NCBI GenBank assembly: GCA_963575745.1
Contig: CAUYUJ010000243.1
Span: 62,001-116,416, forward strand
DNA: 54,416 bases
Direction: 5' to 3'
Source: Prorocentrum cordatum
Taxonomy: Eukaryota
Shown: in pieces, positions 38,300 to 50,409 of the stretch
Layout: each line of letters opens with the position of its first letter
How positions within the stretch are numbered: the stretch's first letter is position 1
Made by a program: the position numbers and the translations under genes
The notes under the pieces: model-generated
The model's database searches: none
Seen by the model: only the letters and a program-made list of their open reading frames with translations
Told to the model about the DNA's origin: nothing

Positions 38300-41200
38300 C
38301 TTCCGCGCCGTCGCCTCTCCAGCCGAGCCCTCGCCAGCTGCGTTGACCTTGGCCAGCAGGCTGGCTCGCCAGTCCGCGCGAGCGGAAGCGCCTTCGCGGG
38401 CTGGTCGCTGGGCCTCTGCCTGAACCCCGTCAGCGGCGCTGCTGGGGCTGACTGCCTCCTGGCCCGCTGCCCCTTGGAAGCCCCGCGCGGCCGCTGCTGC
38501 AAGGCGTCGGGCTTGCTCGGCGCGCAGGCGGGCTCTGCCATCCTGGGGGTCCATGGCGCCACTGGTCGCGGCCTGTGACTGGCCCTCATGGCCCCCCCCC
38601 AGCCGCCCTGGCCGCTTCGCCACCGTCGCCCGCGCCTTGGCTTGGCCGCCGGTGGCGCGCCTGCGACCACTGGCCTGCAGCGGCGATGGCAGGCCCTCCT
38701 GCGCGGCCGCCACGACGGCCTGCGCGGCTCTCCCCAACGGTCGTGGCCGCTTTGCCGCCGCTGCGCCCTGGTCGCAAGTCAAGTGTTTGCGTCCCGGTGC
38801 CTGCTGCAGAGCTGCCTGGGTCTGCTGAGCGGCCATTCCGACAGCGGCAGCTGTCGGCGCGGTACCCGCGGCAACACCAGCCGCTCTGCCTTCGGCGCCG
38901 CCCAGCTCGGGTACGTTTTCATCACCTTTTCCATCGTGGTCGCCGCGGTCTGTCCCGGACGATGCAGCGCGGCCCTGAGTGCGGTCTGTTGCATGCTGGC
39001 CGTTCTGGCCGCCGCCCTGCTGCGACTGCGCGTCGAAGGTGTCCGTCAGCAGCAATTCGAAAGCTCGGGCCTCATCGCGGAGCGCGTCGGCGCGGTCGGT
39101 GGAGTGTTCGACGGCGTCAGCGACATCTGGCCCGACCCTCCTCCTGCCAGGGCTGCTGTCTGAGCTCCACTTGTCGCCGGCGGGGCTCGCTGTCGACGAT
39201 CTCGATGGCCAGGGCGAGGACGGGCTGGCAGGCTGGACTCCTGCTCACGCGTGGGCTTCACTAGCTCCGCGATTGCTTATTTATGCTCCAGCTGCTCGGC
39301 TGTTCCTTCCACGCCCCGTGGGTCTCCACTGTCGCTGGAGCTGTCCAGGCAGAAGCTGTCGTTCTCTTCCGCCACTGGCTGGACCTCAACCACCTGCCTG
39401 CGGGGCCGATCGTTGTCATCTTCGCCGTCTGGATCAGACCTCGGTGGCCATGACCTGCTCGTCCGCAGCTGGGCCGCCCGATGGTCGCTCGGTGGCTGAG
39501 TGCTGTTGCCGGCCGCGCCCGTGCTTTCGAGGGCAGCCCTGATCGCCTGTTCATGCGCCTGGTGCGCAGCAGGCTCGCGTTCATGTGCTTCTCCCTCGAA
39601 ATTTTTACAATCGCGCCCGTGTCTCCTGCCGCGCATCCCGGGTGGCCTGCCACGCTGCCTCGCGCCATTCGGCCGGCCTGCGCCGCCGTCCACGCTCTGC
39701 CGCTTCATCGTCCAGCCCCATGAAGAGCGGCCAGAAGATGGGAGCGCGAAGGGCTCGATGACTGCGTCGCCGCACGTCTCGGCCCACTCCGTCCCATTGC
39801 AAGTCGCGAAGGAGCCTGAATGGGCCGCGGAGCGGCCCAGCGTCGTTTTCGCCCTCCTGCACGCAAGGGTCGGACGCGTGCTCCGGTGCATTCCCGCCCT
39901 TGCCGCAGTAGGGTCGGGCATGAGCTCCTTGCTCTGGGCGCCGCTGCCTCCTGGGCGGGCCTGCTCGTCGCAAGCGCGGCGGAGGCCGCGCGGGGCCCCG
40001 CTCTGGCGGCGCGTCCCCGCCCTGTGGTCGCCGCAGCTACTTGCCGCTGGGTGTCGCGCCCTCCTGGGCGGGCCTGCCCCTCGCCTCCGCTCGCGGCCTG
40101 GGGGAGGGGGGGCATGTTCCCCCGAGCGCGGTTCTTCCCTGCCCTCTGGGCGCCGCGCATTCGTCCGCCCGCTGCTCGCCCCTGCGCGCAGCCTGGAGCG
40201 GGCTGCGAGGTCCTCTAAGCTCGGCAAGGGCCCCATCAGGGTGCCGCTCTGGCGGCTCTCCCCCGTCCTCTGGGCGTCGCGCCCACCGCCCTGCTGGGCG
40301 CCGCGCACCCCCATGGGGCGGTCGCGCGGCCGCCCCTGGCTGGGGGGAGGGGCCTCGGGATGCTCAGCAGCCCGCCCCCCGCCCCGCCATGACCGACGCG
40401 CCGCCCCTCCTGGCTGCCGAGGCCCCGCCGGCGCCGCCCCCCCGGCGGCAGCCCGTTCTGCCCGCCGCGCGCCAGCAGCGCGCGGGTGGCCCACGAGCGC
40501 CCGGGCAGCCTCGTCCTCCACCAGCAGAAGGGTGTTTCTCCGTTTTGCTGCCAGCTGCACCAGCCTGCAGCATCTTGTCACTGAGCCCCGCCCGTGCTCT
40601 GGGCGACGCTCATCGCCTGCCTGTTGCCTGCGGTTGTGAGCAAGGAGGCGAGGGCGAGGGCGACGGCGGGACCGGTCGGCTCGCGCCTCTGTTCGCGGAT
40701 CGGCTCCTGGATATCGCACGGACAGGCGTGGTGCGATTGAGTAGCTGCTGGCTGGCGGCTTCGCGGGCATGGCGTCCTCGTCGCCAGGCCTCCTCGCGCA
40801 GTTCCAACGCGCGTTGGCGACGCATGCGCGTGGTGCCGATCGGCGCCATCTCTTCGCACGATGCGTGGAATGGCTCGGTGGGAAGGAGCTCGGTGGTCTG
40901 CTCGAGGCAGAGCGTCATCCACGATTGGTCGCCTGCTTCCCTCCGCGCGGTGTCAAGGATCCACTGCCCCGCCACCTCCGCCAGCTCGCCCGCGAAGGTG
41001 CTGAGCCTCTGCTCCGCCTGGTGGGCGTGGTATCCTGTGGCCGCCCGCAGCTCCGAACCAGGTGCCCTGTTGTGGTCATCTCCACGAGTCTCCTGTCTGC
41101 CGTGCTCGTCACTGCCCAATTTGGTATGGCCCAGGGTCGGCTCCGACCCACGTGAATTGTGAGGGTGCCCCCGCAACTCTCCACTACGCCATGGGTGCCA

Positions 41201-41750
41201 CCTCCTGTGGCCAGTACCCCTCTACTTCCGCCAAGTTTCGTCCGTGCTGAGATCCTCGTCGCTCACGTCCACGCAACGCTGGAGAAAAAATGCCCCCCCC
41301 CCACCCTGACCGCACAACGGCCGTCACAACCGTAACACCTCAAGGCGCAGGTCCCTCTGGGACCCGTCGTTAGGGCAACCATCCGGTTGCGCAAAAAGAC
41401 TGCAACCAGGAGGCTCCGATATGACGGTGTGTGGGCCTCGGGCGTGGGACCTCGGCGCGGGCGACCGCCGTCCCGACAAGGGCATCCCCGTATTCAACTC
41501 CGCGGCGTGCTCGACGCTGTCGCTCACGGCCTCCTGCCCATTCGGATCCGTCGCAACCTCGCTCTCTGCTCCGTCCTCAGCGTGGTGACGTCGATCAAGG
41601 ACTTCTTGACGAGGAAGCGCTGCTGCCGCCTGCTGCTGGCGTGTTGGAGAGCCCTTGAGCTGGCTCTGCGGTGTCGTCGCCGCGTGCAGCCCCTGTCTCG
41701 GCTCGCTCATCGACGTGCCGATAACATGTGTGCACATAGGCGTCCTGAAT
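38300..41750 (-). mobile_element. Heavily decayed LINE, probably LINE-B-related
   Basis: Collinear remnants: GPHTVISEPPGCSLFAQPDGC (APE-like, ~41440); ALELREEAWRRGR (~40810) vs ALLDEIEEAWQARR; GETPFCWWRTR (~40540) vs TPLRWRIS; ALHRPGQTAATTMEKVMKTYPSW (~38970) vs ALQGKATTKVDGKTRSW. Boundaries approximate. Confidence 0.45.
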
Positions 41751-42068
41751 GACGCCGTCCCTGGCCTAGGAAAAGGAGGAGCTCTGGAACTCTTGATTGA
41801 AATGCGACCATGTCGGTTACAAGCATGAGAGTATCATGCATCGAGGTGACTGACAGACACACGTACGCATGCACAAACGATGCGGGTCGCAGATACGATC
41901 TGACCTTCAATTACCTGCTGCGGGACACCGTGCCTCCTCACGGGTAAACTTGTCACCCTATTGCCATGGAGGAGGAGGAAGAGAGATGAAGAAAGAGGAG
42001 GAGAATGAGGAGGAGGAGGAGGATGAAGAGGAGGATGAGGAGGAGGGGAACCCATAGCGATCCTTCAC

Positions 42069-42183
42069 CTGCTGCCCCGGCGGCACGAGCCCTGCGAAGC
42101 CGAGGCGGGACAACTCGTGGCTGCTCACCCCGAGGTACTCGATCAGTCTCGACCCGCGGTCGGTGCGCCCCCCCCCAAGGGTC
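42069..42183 (-). CDS. Candidate internal exon of a host gene (TLGGGRTDRGSRLIEYLGVSSHELSRLGFAGLVPPGQQ)
   Basis: ctgccag|G acceptor, CAG|GTGAAG donor, open GC3-rich frame. Confidence 0.5.
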
Positions 42184-42209
42184 CTGGCAGGTGCGAGCCC
42201 AGACCTTGA

Positions 42210-42305
42210 TATACACGCGCGCACACACGCACGCACGCACGCACACAACCACAGACACAAACACACAAACACTCACACACTCACACACACACACACACAC
42301 ACACG
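42210..42305. repeat. (CA)n microsatellite
   Basis: Directly visible. Confidence 0.9.
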
Positions 42306-42794
42306 CGTCCCCCGCAATTGCGGATCAGGGTGAAGGGGGCGACGGGGTCGCCGGCAGTGTGCGAAGCTCTGCATAAGCAAAAAGCAGGCACCTTTTACAT
42401 TACACACCGAACCCGCCGCAGGCGCGAAATTTTCGTCAAAACAACTTGGATGGGTCGCGGGTGGGTCGCGGGGTGGGTGGCGGCAACCCAGGGACACTAG
42501 GATGGCCAACCATACCTCGAAGACGGTCCATGTCTCAAGACGGCCGGCCACCAGCCTTTTCGGGCGCGAGTGGTTCAGAGCGCTTACTCTTCTAACCCCC
42601 ATGTCTCCCCCTTTTCGGGAAGGGGGGTAGCTCTCCCCCGACCCCCTACCCCTGGGTCTGGAGGTAGAGCACCCAATATGGCCTTGACGAGACAGCCAAC
42701 AACATTGATGTACTAACGTGTTGGCCACATGCTGGTTCCCTTGGGGGAGGGACTCCACTCCTGGAATCGAGTTCCTCCAAGATAGCTGTCCCGA

Positions 42795-43400
42795 AAATGG
42801 CACCCAAGGCTCTCAAGGGTGCCGAAAGATGGCCCCAAGAGGTCCCCAGGAGGCCTCAAGAGGCTCCTCAGAGGTCCCCAAGACGCTTCCAAGAGATCCC
42901 CAAGACGCCCCAAGGGGCCTTCCAGAGCACCAAAGACGCCAGAACGGGCGTCGGCGAAAAAGCAGCATTACTGATATAACTAGGGTGTTGGCCAGAGTTT
43001 GGCCTCCTGGGGGGGGCGCCAAATGTACTACGGTCCCTCCTTTGATCGATCTCTTCAAGGATAACCCCAAGATGGCCCCCGAGGCCCCCAAGTGTGCTAC
43101 AAAACCCACGAGGCCCCCAAGATGCCTCAACGAAATTGCCAAGACACCCCCAAGAGGCCCTAAGAGGCACCCCAGAGCTACCCAAGACGCCCCGAGAGGC
43201 CTCGGCAAGAAGGCAACATCACGAATTTGACGCGAGGTTTTGGATACATGTTGGCCTCCTGGGGGGGGGCTCAGGACCCCCCTCTGTTGATCGACCTCTT
43301 CCAAGATGGCCCCAATATGGCCCCCAAGAGACCCCCAGGACGCTTCAATGAGACCCCAAGGAACTCTCGAAAGAAATCCGAGAAGACTCCGACCGACATC
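42795..43400. repeat. CCCCAAGA-rich degenerate repeat with an internal duplication
   Basis: ttggcctcctggggggg...ttgatcga.ctcttc occurs at ~43000-43085 and ~43251-43330. Confidence 0.6.
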
Positions 43401-44739
43401 CAACAGGCCTCTGGCTTTTCTGCTCGCCCTCCTCTTCATCCAGTCCTCCAACATCGATCCCCCTCCCCCTCTCTTTCCTCCTCCGCCTCCTCATTCTCCG
43501 ACTCCTCCTCCATCCTCCCCCTCTTGGGGTACGCCCAGCCCATGATTCCACTGCATTATCCTCCGCACACCTGATCAGGGCAAGACGCCAGGGCATCGTC
43601 TCTGGATGGGCTGCGATTGGTTCGAAGCGGCCCAAGATGTCCCCAAGAACCAAGAGGGCCCGAAATGGCCACACAAGGGCTTCCAACGGGGTCCGAAGAA
43701 GACCGAATCACTGATTTCCTTTCTAGGTTTTGGAGTGAGGTTGTCATTCTCACCTTATCAGGGGGCGGCGTCAGTTCGAGACCGCCAAGGAGGACTCGAC
43801 GATAGCCCGCGAGGCATCCAGGACGGCAAGGGAGGGTTCCCCGCGGGACCTCATACGGCCTCAGCAGACCCTTTCAGCGACAATGGACGGCCGACGGCCG
43901 GGGAGGGCTCTGGGAGCCAGAGGTCGGCGAAGCTCCTCGGGACCCGTCTCCTTCACGGCAAGAGCTCAGTCGACATCGAGTCGGGAAATCGGCCCGCATC
44001 GGAGTGTGCGCCGGATCGGGCCGCATCGGCACGAGAGTCGAAACCGAACCGGATCGGCTGCGCCAGGATGCACAAAAACACCACGCACACATCGGGCCGC
44101 ATCGGGATTTTGGTGTCGAATCGCAGTGGGCCCGCCTCCATCGAACATGATCGAAACGGACTGGTCGGATCGAAATGGATCCTGTCATGGCGACGCGTGC
44201 TCGCACATCAATCGGACGGCCCACACGGCCGGACCGATCGAAGCGAGCCCAACCTTGCAGGCAGGGAGACCGCCCACGGCGTCGTCGGGTCGGCGCGTGC
44301 CGCGCGCAGACATCGGCACGGCGTTGCCGACCCGGCCAGCTCGCAATCGCTCACCCCCCCTCGGGCCACAAAGCAGCCCAGATGCGATAGCACATGCTGG
44401 AGATTTCCAGGCCTGCGGAGTGTTCTGGGATTGGCCCCTGCCCGACTATCTCTGGTGCTCGTGCTGGAGGACTCCCTGGGGTCACACGCTCCACTCACGT
44501 GTGGATGCTGTCGAACGTCCGTCGCCTTGAGTCGAACTCGAATTAACCTTGAGTCGAGCTAGAAAACGAACCGAAGTCGAACCCGAGCCGGAGAGATCCG
44601 CGAGGTGGGGCCCAGGAAGGTTCCCTCGAAAGAACATCTGAACTACCCAGCGCAGTGAGCCGATCACCCCGCTTCCAGACTTCTCGACCATACAGGCCAT
44701 ATGGGGCCCAGGCCACGCCCGTGGGGACAGGTACGGAGC

Positions 44740-45035
44740 AGGATGAGGAGGAGGAGCAGCAGCAGGAGGAGGAGGAGGAGGAGGAGGAGGAGGAGAGGAG
44801 GAGGAGGAGGAGGAGGAGGAGGGGGGAGGGGGAGGAGGAGGAGAGGGGAGAGGGAGGAGGAGGAGGAGGAGGAGAGGAGGAGGAGGAGGAGGAGGAGGAG
44901 AGGAGGAGGAGGAGGGGGAGGAGAAGGAGAAGGAGAAGGAGAAGGAGGAGGAGGAGGAGGAGGGGGGATGACGGGGAGGAGGAGGAGGAGGAGGAGGAGG
45001 AGGAGGAGGAGGAGGAGGAGGAGGACGAGGAGGAG
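44740..45035. repeat. (GGA)n microsatellite
   Basis: Directly visible. Confidence 0.95.
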
Positions 45036-46331
45036 GGATTGGCCAGACGATGCCACTTGAGGGCGCCTCCAAGAATTGGGCGCGGCCAGAAAGCTTCCCG
45101 CGTGCCTGCTCCGGCGCCAGAGCGGCCCCCTGTAGGGCTCGACCAGCATGCCTCGCCAGGGGCATTGCAGCCACGACGTGACCAACAGGAATTGAGTTTT
45201 TTGTTTCCTTGAGGACATCCTTCAAACGAATTATGGAAACATTGTTCTTCAATGGGTTTTGACTTGATCGCGGATTTCTGAAAAATTGCTTCAGGAGCTG
45301 GTTCTTGACAAGCCAACACCTTAGCGACACATGCGCAGAACCAAAAGGAAGGAATGCTGTGCGCGCGTGGTGGCACGTGCTGGCATTGTTGGACATAGGC
45401 TGGAACAGTCATTCGCCAACTCGTGGCAAGGAAATTCATGGGCCTTGTGATGCAAGCCGCTGTGAAGTAGAGGAAAAATAATGAATTGAGGTTTGGCGGG
45501 GGGAGCGGGGGCGTCAGGGAAACGGATGGCAGAGGCAAGACATGAGAAAGAATGGCGGAGGGAGAAATGAGGGATAACGGGGGGGGGGGGGGGGTCAGAA
45601 GAGGGAGGGGAAGCTGGAAATTATCAGAGAGGGAGGGACGTGACATCGATTATCCTGGCAGCTCTATCAAGACTGCCCAACCTAAGCTGGCCACCAAAAG
45701 GGCTCTTCCTAGACGACTCCTCCTAGACTGCTCCCCCTAGACAGCTCCACCAAGACAGCTCGGCCCTAGACTGCCCGCCGAGACGCCCCCCCAAGATGAC
45801 TGCCCACCGAGACGCCCCCCCAGACGTCCTATCCCAATCTTCATGTTGACCTCAAGCCGTCTCTTTCCTAAACGGCACAAGTATTTCGAAACATTGCGAC
45901 AGGTTGGCCAGTTTCGCCTGAGATACCCTCGCAATCCTGAGCTCACAAACGCTATGTAGCATACGGCGCATGCCATTGGATACAATATTGTTTTCTTGTT
46001 ATGTTGTCTGAAGGGCGGGTGCTGCCTGCAGTCGTTCAGTGGCAGCCTCGCGCCTCGGGTGAACTCACCACCCGAGCAAAGACAGTGGTAGTGCAACCTC
46101 GTCAAACATGCGTGTGTGTGTTATTGCTCATGGTATGTGTCTGGATGCTGTCATGCCATACTGTGGGTGCTCATGCACCACTTCTGTTGCACAAACCACT
46201 GAGCCAGCAACAACTGAATAGCGCTGGTCTCGCCAGCCATGCCAGCAGCAAATGAATACAACTGTGAGCAGCGATAATTGAATAAAACTGGCCACCGAAC
46301 CAGCAACAACTGAATAGAGCTGGCCGCCTGC

Positions 46332-49300
46332 TTAAAGAGGGAGCAACTTGATGGCGTGCTCCGCGCACTTCTTCACCGACGCGCGCACGTGCTCCCAGCT
46401 GCTCGGCTTGGACTTCTCAGCGGCATTCTTCTCGAGCCTCACCTTGGACTGCAACGTGTTGCGATTGTCTTTGAACTTCGCGAAGATGGCCATCATCGTT
46501 GCCTCGCGCGAGGTCGTGACCGCCTTGGCGATCCTCGCCGCCTGCTCGACCTCCCACTGCGTGAGAGGCTTCACGTCCAGCCCCTCCCTCTCGAGCTGGG
46601 CGTCCCCGAACGCTTTCTGGAACTTAGAGACCGCAGCCTTGAACCTGATGGGGTCCAAGCACAAGATCGTTCTGGCAGCATGCTTGGAAATCACGTCGTA
46701 GTCCGCCGAGGCACTGATGACATCATGCCAATTGCTCCCGTCGAACGTGCCCTGGTAGCAATCTTTGAGGCTGCCGCTGGCGGTATCATCAGGGTCCATC
46801 GGCATCGTCCAGATCTTGTCGACCTCTGCCCTCGCGGCCTCGTACCTCGCCTTGGAGTCGCAATCGATGAGCTCGTCGATCGCAGCATGGAACGTAGGCA
46901 TGGATACGCTGTCAATGTATTTGTCGTCTGCCTGCCTGGACTGTGCAAGGACCGATTTCTTGGCACCGAACAGCCCCCTGAGAAGAACACCAGATTTATC
47001 AGAAGCAACCCTGGACGCCGCATCATTGCCAAGAGACTTGTAGTGAAGAAGGGCGGTCCTGGCGTCAACTGCAGTGGTCATCAGCCTGCGCATTGTAATC
47101 CACTCCTGCCTCGGCGGCGTCGAAGGGTGAAGGAGCTCCATGACTTTCCCCACGACGGGCAACATCTCCGACGCCTTTTGTCCAGCCATGCCAGCCTCAT
47201 CACTCGTGATATGCTCGAGCAGCTTCTGGAGCAACTCTTCTGCAGCGGTGGTCACGTCAGCAGGGAAGGGCGACTCGAGGTCCGCGACCCTCAGGATCTC
47301 GGTGAGGTGGTCCATGAAGGTGGCCTTCTTGGCCTGGTCGAAGAAGTCTGTGACACTGATCTCAGTGAGACGGCCAGCGAACCCGATCTTCGATAGTTCG
47401 ATCGACATGTGCCTCGACAGGTCCTTGCATGCTTCTGATGCCGCGGCGCATCTGGGCGGCATGCATGCAAGGTTGCCAGAGGAAGCATACTCCAAGAAAG
47501 TCGAGATCTGCTTTAGCTCGTCGATTGTCGACGTCAGCTTGGGAGCATCGTAGGTGACACTCGACTTCCACAGGGTCTCGATCGCAAGAGCCTTACGGGA
47601 GCCGAAGCAACCCAAGGGCTTGCCACCGACACCCGGTTACGAATCACCAGTGGGTGGGGGGGGGCTTGAAAACACATAGTGTCACACAAAGGTCAGCCGT
47701 AAGCTTTGCAATCTGGCGCATGCGAAGCGCATGAAGGCAACCCCGAACTATATGACGTTTTACACTTTTCATAATCGGTCTCGGGACCACCATCTACCTG
47801 AATGGGGGCGGCTGCCAACATACGTGTCAGACCACAATGCCTCGGAACGCATGGGAAACACCACCGAGATCATAACGCCCAAGACACCCATCGGCCATGA
47901 ACTCGACCAAAATTCTCTGATTACCTGGGCACTAGGTGTAGGACAAGTCGGTTAGCAAGGACAAGGGCACCCAAAGAACCAAAGAACACGCGCAACAGAA
48001 CGTATACAACGTATTTAGTTACGTGTTCTCCATTGGCCTAGGGCAGACACCAGAGTAAAACCTCAATCGTTTGGAAGGCCCTGCAACACCACAACCAGAA
48101 CTTGTCTTATTGAGATCCGTTGCTGTGGGTCAACAAAACCGACCCGCTCAAAAACACGAAGTACGGGTGAGATGATCAGTGACGGACCTTCCTAAAACAA
48201 CCTAAGTGCCCCCATGCCCCGACGTGCCACCAGACACTGACATTCTCTAGTTGGACCCCAGTCGTGCCAACAGTCCTGGTCAGCGACGCGCCCGCAGAAC
48301 GTTGCCAGCTTCTCGTCCAGGACGCGCATCGACTTATCCCTCGACCCAGCCCTCAAAGTAGTTAGATTATTCACCGTGTCTGTCATTGACGCCCGAGTGG
48401 CCGTGACCTGCTCATCCGTTGCATCACCAGATAGAGATGACAAGATCTGCACTGCCATGTTGATCTTCTCGACGTTGACTGCGTGGGTCACCTTTCGCAC
48501 AATCCCCGCGCGAAGCTAATCGGCATAGATCCCACGATGGAACGGGGTGGTCGAGGAGAGGACGACGATGGTGAGGAGGTGGGGCGGCAACTGAGGATGG
48601 GGATCCTGGAGAGGAGGAGGCAGGACATAGCCAGGAGGGAGTGCGAGGAGGAGAAGGCCAAGGAGACGTAGGAGGAACGTGGAGGGGAAGGAGAACAAAG
48701 GCGAGAAGGATGGAGTATGGGAGCAGATAACGCTAAATACTAGCTTCCCTTGGATGGCGCATGACCTCAGTCCTCCCGATGGACAGGAGCGGCGCCTTGA
48801 AAGAGCTGCACTCGCCCATCTGCTCGTGCGCGTTGTAGAGGATGCCCTTCCAGCCGCTGTCATCCAAAGCCGTCGCCGATGAGAGGCTCTCAAAGTCGGG
48901 GAGGTTGGCGACATTCAGCGGGTTCTGAACGCACAGCGCATCGCGCATGCACTCGATGACCTTGTTGATCGATGCTTGGGTCACCTCGGGGGCGTCATGG
49001 GGCGTGTTCTCGATCAAGAAAGCGCCCACATCTGTCGCCGGCTTCTCGCGCGCATCGTGGGACAGCGATGTGCCCCAAGCATTGAAGAGAGGCTTCACAA
49101 AGTAACTGAAGGTGGCGCTCTTGAACCGAATGCACACGCTGGCCTCAGTTCCAGGGGCGAGGCGGGCTAACGGAGGTCTCCAGTCGTACTCCTCGCTGGC
49201 GTCGACTGCAGCATGCTCGTTGCCGTCGCCCGCCGCGGCGCCCACAGGCATCACCGCATTGAAGAAGTCAGGGATTTTAGTATGACCATCCTCTTCGAGT

Positions 49301-50250
49301 AACTTCTTGCCAATCTCGGAAGCCTTCCTGTTGTTGATTTCAACTGCCAAGCTCACTGGCATGACCATGCCCGCAGCAGACAGGCCCTCGAGCTTCGTGC
49401 GAAACTCGGCGTCACTCATCGAGAACATGTGCTCAGGCTTGCTGAGGTCCTCTGCGTCCTGAGCCAAGTTCAACTTGTCTGTGATGATCTTGGCGGCCTC
49501 GCTCTCCTGCGAATTGGCCGACATCGTAAACTGGTCCCTCTTCGACTTCATCCTGGCACGGCGGTGGCCCAGCATGGACACTCCCGATGCAATGGTGGTG
49601 AGGTTGAGAGCCTTGAGTTTCTCGGAGAGCACCTGGTCGAAATTCTCGCCGAGCCCGTTGGCCAAGTTGGCTGCAGTGGACGCCGTGCTCACAGCAGTCT
49701 CGTTCTCATCCGCCACATAATCGTCGGAGGCGCATGGGACGCACGTGCGTACAAAGGCCCAGTCCTTGGCATTCAACTTTGCCCAATATCCAATATCTTG
49801 CCGTTGTGCGGGGACGTCGTGACCGCCCCCCACCTGCGCGGCCTCCTTGCCATCGCCGCCCTCGTCTAAGCCGTCATCCTCCGCGCCGTCGTCGTCGCCC
49901 TTCTTGTCTGGGAGCGCCTTCACCGTGCAATCCTCAGCCGTGAGAGTGGCAAGGCGAGCGCGCTTGTACGCAGGATCCTCCAAACCAGATGCGCTTATCA
50001 TATCTGCGAAAACACTCTTCGCTCGCTTGGCATGCAACTGCGTTTGGGCCAAAACCTTGTACTCCGACTCTGAGGTCAACCTCTCGATGCCGTATTCGAT
50101 CGCGATGCCGATGTTCGCCTCGCGGAGCTCCTTGCTGTCCGCCATCGCAACGACCTGCATTTTGGACGTCGGGTCGTCGGGGTTGTCGACCAAACTCAGC
50201 TTCCACCCCTTGGCCTCGCGCGACTCCTTGAAGAAGTCTTCCCTCCGGAA
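46332..50250 (-). CDS. Large multi-exon protein of unknown function (at least ~990 aa); exons ~50245-48766, 48515-48276, 47591-46332
   Basis: Three long stop-free GC3-rich frames joined in phase 0 by GAG|GT...ttag| (intron 48516-48765) and CAG|GA...taag|G (intron 47592-48275); TAA at 46332. 5' exons unresolved; no domain recognised. Confidence 0.75.
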
Positions 50251-50409
50251 GGAAACACGAACCATGACGCAACACAGGCTGGCGGCTGGCAAACATAGGC
50301 CCATCAATGATAGAACCTTGAAAGCATGGCCATTGTACATATAACTCGCGCATCAACAAGTGCGAATGCGATCCGACCAGCGGCCATCATACCCCCTTTA
50401 GCTTTTTGT

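Noticed and set aside
37043..41162. Multiple overlapping 370-510 aa Ala/Arg/Pro-rich ORFs
   Set aside because: Very high GC and microsatellites suppress stops; no coherent domain; better explained as a decayed LINE.
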